This document shows positions 44,980 to 55,679 of a stretch of DNA of 64,000 nucleotides, one piece after another. Both the position numbers and the translations under genes were made by a program. Under the pieces are notes generated by a model. The model did not search any database and had not been told where the DNA came from. It was given only the letters and a program-made list of their open reading frames with translations. The DNA comes from Roseibacillus sp. (GTDB lineage: Bacteria > Verrucomicrobiota > Verrucomicrobiia > Verrucomicrobiales > Akkermansiaceae), in NCBI GenBank assembly GCA_051251855.1, contig JBPOGI010000001.1, forward strand, positions 928,001 to 992,000, written 5' to 3'. Positions within the stretch are counted from its first letter, which is position 1, and each line of letters begins with the position of its first letter.

Positions 44980-46365
44980 TTAGGTAAGTTTAGTCAGCAC
45001 TGCTGATGCAAGAGAGAGGACGAGGAAGAATCCACACATGTCGGTGCAGGTGGTGAGAATGGGACCGCTGGCGAGAGCGGGATCGACTTTGCGGCTCTTC
45101 AAGAAGAGAGGCACAAGGCCACCCAAGAGAACGGACAAGATAGTGTTGAGCGCTAGGGAGGCCGCGACCACTCCACCCAAGAAGAGATTTCCTTTCCAAA
45201 CGAAGGCCACAATTCCTAACAGAATCCCAAGAAGAGTGCCGTTGATGACGCCGACCAGACCTTCTTTGAAAACGACGCGGAGGTAGTCACCGGGGCGCAG
45301 GATACCGAGGGTAAGTTCACGAATGCTGACTGCGACAGCCTGATTGCCGCTGCATCCCGACATGTCAGAGACGATGGGGAGAAAGACAGCCAAGGCGATG
45401 ACCTCTTGCAAGGTTGCCTCGTTCGCGGCAATGACGCTTGCTGCGGCTAGATTCAATACGATGTTAGGAGCGAGCCAAGCAAGACGCTTGCGGCAGCGGT
45501 CGAGGAGGGGCATTGATCGTAATTCTTCACCATCGACAATACCTTGTGATTGTAGGTAAAGCTCTGTTTGTTCGTCAGAGGTCTCACGCTGGACGGTGTC
45601 GCGTGGGACGACCCCTAGCAGGCGACCTTCCGCATCCACGACGGGGAGACCGAGGAAGGGTCTCTTTTTGAAGATTTCAGCTAAATCATGAAAGTCCAAC
45701 TGGTCAGAAACGGAGAGAGGGTCCGGAATCATGAGGTCCTTCAGGGGCTTGCTACGTGGTGCCCAGAAGAGTTGGCGGAGTTGTAGAACTCCCTTGAGCC
45801 GTCCTTTCTCATCCACCACGTAGAGATATTGAATGTCGCGGTCGGAGTAGTCGTCGGCGTGATCATGCAGTTCATCGAGAAGCTTCTGCACGGTGAGGTC
45901 TTGGGGAAAGGAAACGGGGCTTCCTCGCATCAAACTGCCGGCGCAACCCTCTTCGTATTCGAGGCGACTCTTGAGTTCGGTTAGGGTCTCATTGTCGCCG
46001 ATTTCTTCCAAAATCTCCGCTGAATCCTCGTCTTCCAGCTCACGGAGGAGGCGGCTACTCGTCTCCGGCGGGAGGCAGCTCACAGCGGCTGCGGTTTGTT
46101 CACTGGGAAGGGTGTCTAGCAGTTCGACCGCCTGTGCTTCGGGAAGCTCTTCGAGTAGTTGGGCGAAATCTTCGGAGCCGATTGTTTCCGCCAGTGCTTC
46201 GCGCTTTTCCTGGGTGAGTCGGGAGACGGCACGCGCTTGGTCCTCGGCATCCAAACTGTTGAGGATTCCCATCGTTGAAGAGGCATCTGTGGATTGAAGG
46301 GCGTCGTCGAGGGCTTGCCAAGTTTCGCTCTCGGTAGGAGGGGAAAGGGGCTCGGGTGAACTCAT
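44980..46365 (-). CDS. mgtE: Magnesium transporter MgtE
   Basis: Helical N-domain, CBS pair, GCSGNQ, DPALASGP, TTCTD. Confidence 0.95.
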   Translation of the reverse strand: MSSPEPLSPPTESETWQALDDALQSTDASSTMGILNSLDAEDQARAVSRLTQEKREALAETIGSEDFAQLLEELPEAQAVELLDTLPSEQTAAAVSCLPPETSSRLLRELEDEDSAEILEEIGDNETLTELKSRLEYEEGCAGSLMRGSPVSFPQDLTVQKLLDELHDHADDYSDRDIQYLYVVDEKGRLKGVLQLRQLFWAPRSKPLKDLMIPDPLSVSDQLDFHDLAEIFKKRPFLGLPVVDAEGRLLGVVPRDTVQRETSDEQTELYLQSQGIVDGEELRSMPLLDRCRKRLAWLAPNIVLNLAAASVIAANEATLQEVIALAVFLPIVSDMSGCSGNQAVAVSIRELTLGILRPGDYLRVVFKEGLVGVINGTLLGILLGIVAFVWKGNLFLGGVVAASLALNTILSVLLGGLVPLFLKSRKVDPALASGPILTTCTDMCGFFLVLSLASAVLTKLT

Positions 46366-46545
46366 GCGGCGGAGACTACGCAAGCCTCAGGCCCTTGACC
46401 ATCATTGGGTCCGTTCTTATCGAGGAATTCTGTGATTAGGGCGAGGCGTTAGGGCATCTTCTCCGGATGGAGTTAGGCAGATTCCGGTGAGAACTGTCAT
46501 TTGAGCCTTTTCAAGAAGGCTTCCAATCGTCAGTTTTTCGGCCGC

Positions 46546-47418
46546 ATGGATAGAACGATTTGGTTGGATGGGAAGTTGGTTCCCGAAGCAGAGGCGAAGG
46601 TATCGGTTTTTGATCACGGCTTGCTTTATGGAGACGGTGTCTTCGAGGGGATTCGTTTCTACAACGGACGGGTTTTTCGTCTTGAAGAGCATACCAAGCG
46701 ACTTTTTCTTTCTGCGAAGGCGATTCTCATCACCCTCCCTTGGACAGCCGAGGAGATTAATGAGGCAGTCTGCGAGACGATCCGTGCCAATGGGTTGCAG
46801 GATGGTTATATTCGACTGGTGATCACCCGTGGAGTGGGAGGATTGGGGCTGAATCCATACCTCTGCAAGACTCCTTCAATGTTCATCATCGCCTCGACGA
46901 TTTCTCTCTATCCTAAGGAGCACTATGAGAACGGCTTGGAACTCGTCACTTGCGGGACTCGCCGACCCGCGCCCGGTGCCCTGAGTCCTCAGGTGAAGTC
47001 TCTCAACTATCTCAACAACGTTATGGCCAAGGCGGAAGCGATTAAGGCAGGTTGTGTGGAGGGATTGATGCTGAACGAGCAAGGCTATGTCGCGGAATGC
47101 ACCGGAGACAACATCTTCATCGTGAAAGACGGCAAGGTCTTCACTCCGCCCATCAGCGATGGCTCGCTTGACGGGATCACGCGGCAAGTGATTTTTGAGC
47201 TGTGTGAGGCCGAGGGGCTCACCTTGGAGGAGAGAACCATGACTCGATATGATGTTTTTACTGCCGACGAGTGTTTCCTGACGGGAACAGCAGCGGAAGT
47301 GATTCCCGCTACTAAATTGGACGAGCGAGAGGTCGGTGATGGAAAGCCAGGACCTATCACTCGACGTCTCATTGAGGGCTTTACCAAGGTCACCCGTTCG
47401 ACTGGAACCCCGTTTTAG
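46546..47418 (+). CDS. ilvE: Branched-chain amino acid aminotransferase
   Basis: DHGLLYGDGVFEG, YIR, KSLNY (PLP Lys), LDGITR, FLTGTAAE. Confidence 0.96.
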   Translation: MDRTIWLDGKLVPEAEAKVSVFDHGLLYGDGVFEGIRFYNGRVFRLEEHTKRLFLSAKAILITLPWTAEEINEAVCETIRANGLQDGYIRLVITRGVGGLGLNPYLCKTPSMFIIASTISLYPKEHYENGLELVTCGTRRPAPGALSPQVKSLNYLNNVMAKAEAIKAGCVEGLMLNEQGYVAECTGDNIFIVKDGKVFTPPISDGSLDGITRQVIFELCEAEGLTLEERTMTRYDVFTADECFLTGTAAEVIPATKLDEREVGDGKPGPITRRLIEGFTKVTRSTGTPF

Positions 47419-47499
47419 ACATCTTTCTCAGTTCGTTCCGCAAAATGGCATGGATTTTCTTTTAGATATCCGCCGAGAGGGGGCTAACTTGGGGGAGAG

Positions 47500-48033
47500 A
47501 TGAAGTGTCAAAAGTGCGACGAGAAAGCCACTGTCCATTTTACCCAATTGGAAAAAGGGGAAATGAACAAGATGTCCTTCTGCGAGAGCTGTGCAACTGA
47601 GGAGGGAATTATGGATTTATCTGGCTTTGGGCTTGCTGACTCGGTGATGGCTGCGGGCTCAGCTACAACTCCTGTGAGTAAGGTGGGCGAGGCTTGTCCT
47701 GGATGTGGCTTCACCAAGAGTAAATTCCAGCAGACTGGCCGACTAGGATGTAGTCAGTGCTATCTGACTTTCTCAGACGAGATTTTGTCACGGCTGGGGC
47801 CAATGCATCGCGGACTGCGTCACTTTGGAAAACATCCTGAAGGATTTCAAGGAGACGCGTTCTCCGAGCGGCTGCTTGAGGAGTGCAAAGAGCGTTTGGA
47901 AGCGGCGGTGACTGCTGAGAACTATGAAGAGGCAGCTCGTATTCGAGATGAGATTCGTCAACTAGAGGAAGGTCGCGAGACGGCAGAAAGCGGTGCGGAT
48001 CTTTCTGCCGAGCAAGGAGACGTCACATCATGA
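47500..48033 (+). CDS. mcsA: McsA (CxxC motifs plus UVR domain)
   Basis: Four CxxC motifs, GRLGC, ENYEEAARIRD. Confidence 0.93.
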   Translation: MKCQKCDEKATVHFTQLEKGEMNKMSFCESCATEEGIMDLSGFGLADSVMAAGSATTPVSKVGEACPGCGFTKSKFQQTGRLGCSQCYLTFSDEILSRLGPMHRGLRHFGKHPEGFQGDAFSERLLEECKERLEAAVTAENYEEAARIRDEIRQLEEGRETAESGADLSAEQGDVTS

Positions 48034-49151
48034 TGCGATTCTCGACATTGTTGAAGAATCCCGCCGACTGGATGGCTGGCGATCACGACGACCATTCTGT
48101 GGTGCTGACGAGTCGAGTGCGGTTGGCTCGAAACATTGCGGGAGAACCTTTTCCAGGATGGGCCAAAAAAGAGGAGCGGGTTGCGGTTTTGGAACGGGTG
48201 CGCGAGGAAGTTGAGAATTTACCTGGGATGAAAGACGCCTTTTCGCACGGGTTAGAGGAGCTTTCGTCCGTCCAGAAGCAGGTCCTTGTTGAGCGGCATT
48301 TAATTAGTCGCGAGCAAGCTGCTCGGGGCGAGGGCAGCGCTGCGATTGTGAATCGCAAGCAAACTTTCAGCCTGATGCTCAATGAAGAAGATCATCTCCG
48401 GATGCAATCCATTCGTGCAGGGCTTAGTTTATCGAAGGCTTTTAGACAGCTTTCAGAGCTCGAGGCCGAACTCTCTCGCCGAGTGCCGTTCGCTTTCGAC
48501 GGTCGTTTGGGATATTTGACCGCATGTCCTACCAATGTCGGCACGGGGATGCGAGCCTCGGCGATGTTGCATCTGCCAGGATTGGTATTGGCTGACGAAG
48601 TGGGCCCCACTCTTCAAGGGGTGGCCCGCCTGCGTTTAGCTGTGAGAGGCTTCTATGGAGAAGGTACGGAGTCGTTAGGAAACCTCTTCCAAGTTTCAAA
48701 TCAATCAACCTTGGGTGAGTCCGAGGAAGAGATTGTCGCTCGGTTGGAGCGTGTCATTGGGGATGTCGAGGTTCATGAACTCAATGCTCGCCAGCGGTTA
48801 CTAGAGAATGATCCCGAGATGATTCTCGACCGAGTGGGGAGAGCTTACGGTGTTTTAAAGTATTCTCATGTAATTCCTTCCAAGGAAGCGCTCAACCTCT
48901 TGTCTCTGTTACGTTTGGGGGCCGAGTTGGGCTTCTTTGAAAAAGGTCTTCGGCGGGTCTGCGATCTGCTTCTGATGGATATCCAACCTGCTCACCTCCA
49001 ACTTCACACTGGTAAAAAACTAGATGCCGAGAGCCGTGACTCGATTCGGGCAGAAATCATCCGGGGTCGGTTGCAAAATCTCGCTCCTCCTGCTATAAAT
49101 AAGACAACGATTAAAGAGCTGGAGAATTCCAGCGAAACAGAAAATGAATAA
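48030..49151 (+). CDS. mcsB: Protein arginine kinase McsB
   Basis: [38 protein letters not shown]. Confidence 0.95.
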   Translation: MMRFSTLLKNPADWMAGDHDDHSVVLTSRVRLARNIAGEPFPGWAKKEERVAVLERVREEVENLPGMKDAFSHGLEELSSVQKQVLVERHLISREQAARGEGSAAIVNRKQTFSLMLNEEDHLRMQSIRAGLSLSKAFRQLSELEAELSRRVPFAFDGRLGYLTACPTNVGTGMRASAMLHLPGLVLADEVGPTLQGVARLRLAVRGFYGEGTESLGNLFQVSNQSTLGESEEEIVARLERVIGDVEVHELNARQRLLENDPEMILDRVGRAYGVLKYSHVIPSKEALNLLSLLRLGAELGFFEKGLRRVCDLLLMDIQPAHLQLHTGKKLDAESRDSIRAEIIRGRLQNLAPPAINKTTIKELENSSETENE

Positions 49152-51654
49152 TTTTACACCAAGAGCCCAGCAAGTTCTGGCGCTGGCCCGCAAGGAAGCG
49201 GACCGATTCAACCACAATTACGTCGGTACTGAGCACCTGTTGCTCGGTCTGATTAAGTTGGGTCAAGGAGTGGCGGTGAGCGTGTTGGAACGTCTCGGTC
49301 TCGACCTGGAGACCGTCCGCATGGAAGTCGAGAAGGAGGTGGGCACTGGGCCTGACACTAAGATCAGTGGAAGCGTTGCCTATACCCCTCGAGTCAAAAA
49401 AGTTCTGGCACTGGCGAACAAGGAAGCCAAGTCGCTCAATCACTCATACGTGGGTACTGAGCATCTCTTGCTTGGATTACTGCGCGAAGGAGAAGGCATC
49501 GCCGCTCGGGTGCTGCAGCGTCTCGAAGTGGATATTCAGAGCACTCGCAACGAGATCCTCGCTGAAATCGACCCCAATTTTGCTCCTGACGACGATGACT
49601 TGTTCGAGGAATTTGATTCAGAGGATGAGATGGAGGAAGAAGAGGAAGTGGAAGGGGAAGGCAAGAGTAAGACTCCAGCCCTTCGTGCTTTTGGGCGTGA
49701 CCTCACTAAGCTGGCTCGAGATGGCAAGCTCGATCCTGTGATTGGGCGCGCTCCCGAGATTGAGCGCGTGATTCAGATTCTCTGCCGCCGCACCAAGAAC
49801 AATCCCGTTCTCGTCGGCGAAGCTGGTGTCGGTAAGACCGCAATCGTGGAAGGTTTGGCTCAGGAAATTTCCTCGGGTAATGTTCCTGAGATTCTTAGAG
49901 AGAAAAAGGTAATCACTCTCGACCTCGCTCTCATGGTGGCTGGCACAAAGTATCGTGGTCAGTTCGAAGAGCGTATCAAGGCCGTGATGGACGAAATCCG
50001 GAAGGTTGGAAACGTCATTCTCTTTATCGATGAGCTCCACACCATCGTTGGCGCTGGGTCTGCCGAAGGAGCAATGGATGCTTCAAATATCATTAAGCCG
50101 GCCCTCAGCCGAGGCGAGTTGCAGTGTGTGGGAGCTACCACTTTGAACGAGTTCCGCAAGTTTATCGAAAAGGATGCAGCTCTTGAGCGCCGTTTCCAAA
50201 AGGTGAAAGTCGAAGAGCCATCCCCTGAAGATGCCATTGCTATTCTGGAAGGTCTCCAAGAAAAGTATGAGGCCCACCACAAGGTTAACTATACAGAAGA
50301 GGCAATCGAGGGAGCAGTGAAGCTCAGTGCTCGATACCTCACTGACCGTTTTCTTCCTGATAAAGCGATCGACATTATTGACGAGGCTGGAGCCAAGGCG
50401 CGCATTAGCACGATGACCCGTCCTCCTTCCATCAAGGACCTTGAGAAGAACATTGATGTCATTCTCAAGAATAAGACGGACGCTATTGCCGATCAGGATT
50501 TCGAGCGTGCGGCTTCTCTTCGTGATGAGGAAAAGGCAGCTAAGAAAGAGCTGGAAGATACTATCGAGAATTGGAAGGCCGATTCGGAAGAAAAGATTGT
50601 CGATGTCGATGGCGATGATGTGATGTCCGTGGTCTCCAAATGGACCGGAGTTCCTCTCCAGCGCATGGAGAAGAAGGAAGCGGGCAAGCTTCTGAAAATG
50701 GAAGAAGAACTCAAGGAGCAGGTCATAGGACAAGACCCTGCGGTGGAAGCCATTTCCAAGGCACTTCGTCGTTCCCGAGCCGACCTTAAGGATCCCAAGC
50801 GCCCCATCGGATCGTTCCTTTTCTTAGGGCCGACCGGTGTAGGTAAGACTTATCTCGCGCGTAATCTTGCTGAATTCATGTTCGGTGATGCTGATTCACT
50901 CATTCAACTCGATATGTCGGAATACATGGAGAAATTCACCTCCAGCCGACTGATTGGTTCGCCTCCAGGATATGTGGGCCACGAAGAAGGAGGTCAGCTC
51001 TCTGAAGCAGTTCGTCGCAAACCTTACTCCGTCGTATTGTTCGATGAGGTGGAGAAAGCGCATCCCGACGTGATGAATCTTTTGCTCCAGATATTGGAGG
51101 AGGGAACTCTCACCGACAGTCAGGGCCGCAAGATCGACTTCCGTAATACTATCATCATTCTCACTTCCAACGTGGGAGCGAGCACCATCAAGAAGCAGAC
51201 CTCCCTCGGTTTCAATGCAATGACGGCAGAAGACGGCGGCTTTGAGGATATGAAAGGCAAGATTTTAGAGGAATCTAAGAAGCACTTCCGCCCTGAATTC
51301 TTAAACCGTTTGGATGAGCAAGTTGTCTTCCATACTTTGGAAAAACCTGCGCTTTCTCGTATTATCGATCTTGAAGTCGGTAAGTTGGAAGGACGTCTTT
51401 TAGAACGTCAGATGGAGTTAGATATCACTTCTGATGCGCGTGACTTCCTGATTGAGCAAGGGTATGACTCTGAGTATGGAGCGCGTCCCATGCGCCGAGC
51501 GGTGGAGCGCTTCCTTGAGGATCCTCTTGCGGAAGCATTGTTACGCGGTGACGTGAAGGATGGTGACTTTATCGAAGTGACCCTCGTAAAGGATGCGAAA
51601 GAACTGACCTTTAAGCCTAAGAAGCAAAAAAAGGAACCTGAGCCAGCCGTTTAA
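49144..51654 (+). CDS. clpC: ATP-dependent Clp protease ATP-binding subunit ClpC
   Basis: Two ClpN repeats, GEAGVGKT and GPTGVGKT Walker A motifs, UVR middle domain, LGF loop. Confidence 0.97.
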   Translation: MNNFTPRAQQVLALARKEADRFNHNYVGTEHLLLGLIKLGQGVAVSVLERLGLDLETVRMEVEKEVGTGPDTKISGSVAYTPRVKKVLALANKEAKSLNHSYVGTEHLLLGLLREGEGIAARVLQRLEVDIQSTRNEILAEIDPNFAPDDDDLFEEFDSEDEMEEEEEVEGEGKSKTPALRAFGRDLTKLARDGKLDPVIGRAPEIERVIQILCRRTKNNPVLVGEAGVGKTAIVEGLAQEISSGNVPEILREKKVITLDLALMVAGTKYRGQFEERIKAVMDEIRKVGNVILFIDELHTIVGAGSAEGAMDASNIIKPALSRGELQCVGATTLNEFRKFIEKDAALERRFQKVKVEEPSPEDAIAILEGLQEKYEAHHKVNYTEEAIEGAVKLSARYLTDRFLPDKAIDIIDEAGAKARISTMTRPPSIKDLEKNIDVILKNKTDAIADQDFERAASLRDEEKAAKKELEDTIENWKADSEEKIVDVDGDDVMSVVSKWTGVPLQRMEKKEAGKLLKMEEELKEQVIGQDPAVEAISKALRRSRADLKDPKRPIGSFLFLGPTGVGKTYLARNLAEFMFGDADSLIQLDMSEYMEKFTSSRLIGSPPGYVGHEEGGQLSEAVRRKPYSVVLFDEVEKAHPDVMNLLLQILEEGTLTDSQGRKIDFRNTIIILTSNVGASTIKKQTSLGFNAMTAEDGGFEDMKGKILEESKKHFRPEFLNRLDEQVVFHTLEKPALSRIIDLEVGKLEGRLLERQMELDITSDARDFLIEQGYDSEYGARPMRRAVERFLEDPLAEALLRGDVKDGDFIEVTLVKDAKELTFKPKKQKKEPEPAV

Positions 51655-52127
51655 TGAAATTAAAGGGAGGTCATAGAGTGCTTCTGGCTGGACTTGTCTT
51701 CGCGAGCTTTCCTGTGGCTGGGGGAGCTCAAAGTCTCTATTTGATTTCTCCTGTCAGCGACGCTTTGGAAGACCAGTTAGTGGTTACCAGAGCATTCGAC
51801 GCCAACATTGGATACGGCACTCGCGTTGTCGAAACTCAAGCCAGCATTCTTGGTTCAAGCGCACAGTCGGCGTGGTCGGTGAGGAGAGAACTGGTAGCAA
51901 TCGATTATAATTTGGCCTCTAGCTGGCTCGCGCAGCTGGAGGATGCTCCTAGGCGGGAAAGGCCAACGATACCAATTCATGGTTTACCTCTCGATTCTGC
52001 GTCGATTTGCTCATGCACAGAATTGGTGACTAATAATGGGTCCAATTTGTCGGTTATACCGGAGCCCTCTCAAAGCTCTCTCGTGCTTGCTTCTGCCGTT
52101 CTTTTATTGCGGAAGCGACGCAGTTAG
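51654..52127 (+). CDS. Small PEP-CTERM-like protein
   Basis: Signal peptide; IPEPS, hydrophobic stretch and RKRRS; TAATG overlap with the clpC stop. Confidence 0.75.
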   Translation: MKLKGGHRVLLAGLVFASFPVAGGAQSLYLISPVSDALEDQLVVTRAFDANIGYGTRVVETQASILGSSAQSAWSVRRELVAIDYNLASSWLAQLEDAPRRERPTIPIHGLPLDSASICSCTELVTNNGSNLSVIPEPSQSSLVLASAVLLLRKRRS

Positions 52128-52289
52128 CTGGTGGAACCCTCCAATTGCAAGTACCTAACGACCGAGTGGGAAGAGGCCTCGAGTCGTATCTTATTTATTT
52201 AAGAAATTTCCACTTTCCCTAAATGTTGGAAAAATAGCAAATAAAAGAACAATTCTCAATTTGGTCCTCGTTTATGAGGAAGACTAAAT

Positions 52290-54176
52290 ATGAAGACGAT
52301 GAATTGGATGGTGATGGGACTTCTAGGACTGGTGATGACGACATCGGCCCAAGAAGATGTGCAAGTTGAAGGAGGAGTAACCGGAGAAAATCCTGAAGAA
52401 GCTATTCCGGCTCAAGTGGAGGGAGATGAGCAGGAAGACGCTATTCGAAGGGTGACCCTTTATCAAGGAACGGCCTTGGTGACGCGGGAAGTCCGCGTTT
52501 CAGCAGAGCAGGAAGGAGCCTTTGAGGTCATCGTGGAGGGGCTTCCCACCGCAACCGATCCGGAGTCGGTGTTCGCTGATGAAGGTCAAGGTTTAGAGGT
52601 TCGCTCGGTGACATGCCGTATGCGTTCCAGTGAGGAAACCAAACGCGTGAAGTCTGAGGTCGCCAAGTTGGAGAACTTAATCAAGGAGTTGGACCGAAAA
52701 TGTTCTGAGGCGCGCAACGAGATTGCTCTTCGAAGAATCCGTCAGGACTATCTCCGCAATCTGGGAGCTTTTGTTGCCCCGGCGGCTCGGCAGGAAATGT
52801 CGCATGGGGTTTTGCAAGCTGAGGAGTTGGCGACGGTGACTCAGATGCACTTCAAGGAATACGAAACGGCTTCACAAGAGATCATGAAGCTGTCGAATCA
52901 GATTGATGACGATAGTGAGACTCTGGCTACCTTGCGGAGAGATCGCGATAAGCTCGCATCAGGACCGACTCAAATTTATGATGCCGTTGTTTTTGTAGAG
53001 AAGGAGCGGGGCGAAGAGGCGGTCTTCAACTTGAACTATCTCGTGAGCGATTGTGGTTGGTCGCCAGTTTATAATGTGAGAGGTGTGAGTGGAGGAGATG
53101 AGGTGCGCATTGAGTTTAACGCCTTGATTCATCAAGTCAGTGGTGAGGACTGGAAAGACGCAGGACTGGTTCTGTCAACGGCTTCTCCCACCGTTAACGC
53201 CAAAAATCCAGAGCTGACGGCGCTTCATGTTCAGGTGCAACAAGGAGGGGTTCTGCCCAATATGGTAGAGGCGCAAGAGCAAGTGAATCGCTACAATGTC
53301 GCTCTCAAAGGGAAGAAGGAAGCGAATCGAAAGGTGCTGAGCGGTAAGTCGGTGGAAGATTTTGCGGATGCTAACTTTGCGGCTAACGAATTAGCAGCCA
53401 GTGCGCAGCTAGTGGAGCTTTCCATGAGGGCCGGTCAGTTGAAGCAATTGAATCAGAATCGAGAGGAAGAGGACTTGGCGATTCAGTATGAGTTAGAGCG
53501 ATCGGTCACCTTGGTGAGTAGGAGGGAAGCGCAAATGGTTCCTGTTCTAGATGCACAATGTCCAGCTGAGTTCTATCATGTCGCAACTCCGGTTTTAACG
53601 AGTGCGGTCTCCCGAGAAGCGGAGTTGATTAACACGAGTGAAAGGGACCTGTTAGGTGGTCGAGTGAATGTCTACCTCGATGATAAGTTCATCGGCAGAA
53701 CGGAGATGCCAACCATCGCGCGAGGTCGCAATTATACTCTAGGATTTGGAGTCGATGGCCAACTGCGAGCACGCCGTTCGTTGGTGGATCGCACTGAGAC
53801 GGTCCAAGGAGGAAACCGTTTGGTTGAGATCGACGTCGAGGTTGTGATCGACAACTTTAAGGGAGAAGAAACCAATGTTCGTTTGCGTGAGCGCACTCCC
53901 TTCATGGATGACACCGCAAGTCTCCGAGTTTCTTTGAGCCAAACCTCGGAGCCTCTCTCCACAGAACGCGACTATGCACGCTTCGAGCGACCCAAAGGAA
54001 TTTTGCGATGGGATCTTCTGGTAGGCCCCGGTGCTGGTGAGAAAGCAACGGACATCAATTACTCCTATCGTTTAGAGTATGATAAGAACGTCACCTTGGA
54101 AGAAGTGAGTGGAGAGAAGAAGTCAATTCTCCGCAGCGAGTTCATGGAAAAATCGCGCAGATCGCAGGGGCGGTAG
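52290..54176 (+). CDS. DUF4140/DUF4139 (MuiA-like) secreted protein
   Basis: VTLYQGTALVTR, coiled coil, WSPVY, QVSGEDW, LSTA, LGFGVD, GILRW. Confidence 0.88.
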   Translation: MKTMNWMVMGLLGLVMTTSAQEDVQVEGGVTGENPEEAIPAQVEGDEQEDAIRRVTLYQGTALVTREVRVSAEQEGAFEVIVEGLPTATDPESVFADEGQGLEVRSVTCRMRSSEETKRVKSEVAKLENLIKELDRKCSEARNEIALRRIRQDYLRNLGAFVAPAARQEMSHGVLQAEELATVTQMHFKEYETASQEIMKLSNQIDDDSETLATLRRDRDKLASGPTQIYDAVVFVEKERGEEAVFNLNYLVSDCGWSPVYNVRGVSGGDEVRIEFNALIHQVSGEDWKDAGLVLSTASPTVNAKNPELTALHVQVQQGGVLPNMVEAQEQVNRYNVALKGKKEANRKVLSGKSVEDFADANFAANELAASAQLVELSMRAGQLKQLNQNREEEDLAIQYELERSVTLVSRREAQMVPVLDAQCPAEFYHVATPVLTSAVSREAELINTSERDLLGGRVNVYLDDKFIGRTEMPTIARGRNYTLGFGVDGQLRARRSLVDRTETVQGGNRLVEIDVEVVIDNFKGEETNVRLRERTPFMDDTASLRVSLSQTSEPLSTERDYARFERPKGILRWDLLVGPGAGEKATDINYSYRLEYDKNVTLEEVSGEKKSILRSEFMEKSRRSQGR

Positions 54177-54205
54177 TTCTCTTTATTCGTCTCTCGCCGC
54201 CTTTT

Positions 54206-55678
54206 CTAGGCAAGGATACCTTTCACCACTTTGGGTGATGAGGTGGGCCCAATGAGGCGTTGATTCAGACCTTGGTAGGGGAAGCTATGCTTGTGTGGGT
54301 CGATACCTAGAAGGTGCTGAATGGTGGCTTGAAAATCGTGAACGTGGACGGGGTTTTCGGCGACGGAATAGCCAAGAGGATCGGTGGCACCATAGGTGAT
54401 GCCTGGCTTTACCCCGCCGCCGGCCATCCAAGTGGTGAAGCAGTCGGGGTGGTGGTCGCGGCCGAGGAATTTGGAGCCACCCCGAGCTTCGTTCATGGGG
54501 GTGCGTCCGAATTCGCCTCCCCAGACGACAAGGGTGTCTTCCAACATGCCACGCTGCTTGAGGTCTGAGAGTAATGCCGAAATTGCCTGGTCGGAATCAC
54601 GGCATTTTTTCGGGAATTTTGTTTCTAGGTCATCACCAGGACCAGTGCCGTGGATGTCCCATCCCCAGTCAAACAATTGCACAAAGCGCACTCCTTGTTC
54701 AACAAGGCGGCGGGCTAACAAGCAGTTGTTTGCAAAGGAAGCTTCCCCAGGTTTCGCTCCATATTTTTCGAGTATCTGAGGAGACTCGTTGGAAATATCC
54801 ATCACGCCGGGAACCGCGACTTGCATGCGATAGGCCAGTTCGTATTGCTCGATTCGGGTCAGGGTCTCTGGATCTTGATATTGCTCAAGTTCCATGCGGT
54901 TGAGGTGACTCAGAGTGTCGAGGCTCTTGCGGCGGATATCACGGGACATGCCGTCGGGATTGGATACGTAGAGAATCGGATCGCCTTTGGACCGGCATTG
55001 CACCCCTTGATAGACGGAGGGAAGAAAGCTGCTGCCCCAGAGGGATTTTCCGCCCGAGGGATTCTTCCCGCCGGAGACCATGACCATGTAGCCGGGCAAG
55101 TTATCGTTCATCGAACCAAGGCCATAAGTGGTCCAAGCGCCCATGGAAGCACCGCCGAATTGAGCGCTTCCAGTGTGCAGGAGGAGCTGGGCAGGAGCGT
55201 GGTTAAACTGGTCGGTGTGCATCGACTTGATGAAGCACATGTCATCGGCGTGTTGGGCGAGATTTGGCATCATCTCACTTACCCAAGCACCGGACTCTCC
55301 GTGTTGCTGGAAATCATAGATGGAACCCAGAAGTTTCGGTCTACCCTTGATGAAGGCGAAGGTCTTTCCTTCGATGAGTTCTTCGGGACAGTCCTTGAGG
55401 TGGTTCTTAATGAGCTCTGGCTTGTAGTCCCATAGCTCGTGCTGGGGTGGGGAGCCCGCCATGTGAAGATAGATGACTTGCTTGGCCTTGGGCGCGAAAT
55501 TGGGGAGGTTGGCTTGCACATCACTAAGGGGAGCGCTGGCTGCGGTGGCAGATTTCCCCATGAGTTGGCTCAGAGCAGCGGCACCGATGCCAGCATTGCA
55601 GCGCTGTAAAAAGTGACGACGAGTGAGCGCGCTTGCTCGCGAGAAGCGAAGTTCGTTGTGTGGGTCGAGTCTGTTCAT
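54206..55678 (-). CDS. DUF1501 domain protein with Tat signal
   Basis: TRRHFL, DYKP, FNHAPA, CLLARRLVE, WDIH, GGEFGRTP, GRDHH; start at ATG 55678. Confidence 0.93.
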   Translation of the reverse strand: MNRLDPHNELRFSRASALTRRHFLQRCNAGIGAAALSQLMGKSATAASAPLSDVQANLPNFAPKAKQVIYLHMAGSPPQHELWDYKPELIKNHLKDCPEELIEGKTFAFIKGRPKLLGSIYDFQQHGESGAWVSEMMPNLAQHADDMCFIKSMHTDQFNHAPAQLLLHTGSAQFGGASMGAWTTYGLGSMNDNLPGYMVMVSGGKNPSGGKSLWGSSFLPSVYQGVQCRSKGDPILYVSNPDGMSRDIRRKSLDTLSHLNRMELEQYQDPETLTRIEQYELAYRMQVAVPGVMDISNESPQILEKYGAKPGEASFANNCLLARRLVEQGVRFVQLFDWGWDIHGTGPGDDLETKFPKKCRDSDQAISALLSDLKQRGMLEDTLVVWGGEFGRTPMNEARGGSKFLGRDHHPDCFTTWMAGGGVKPGITYGATDPLGYSVAENPVHVHDFQATIQHLLGIDPHKHSFPYQGLNQRLIGPTSSPKVVKGILA

Positions 55679-55679
55679 C

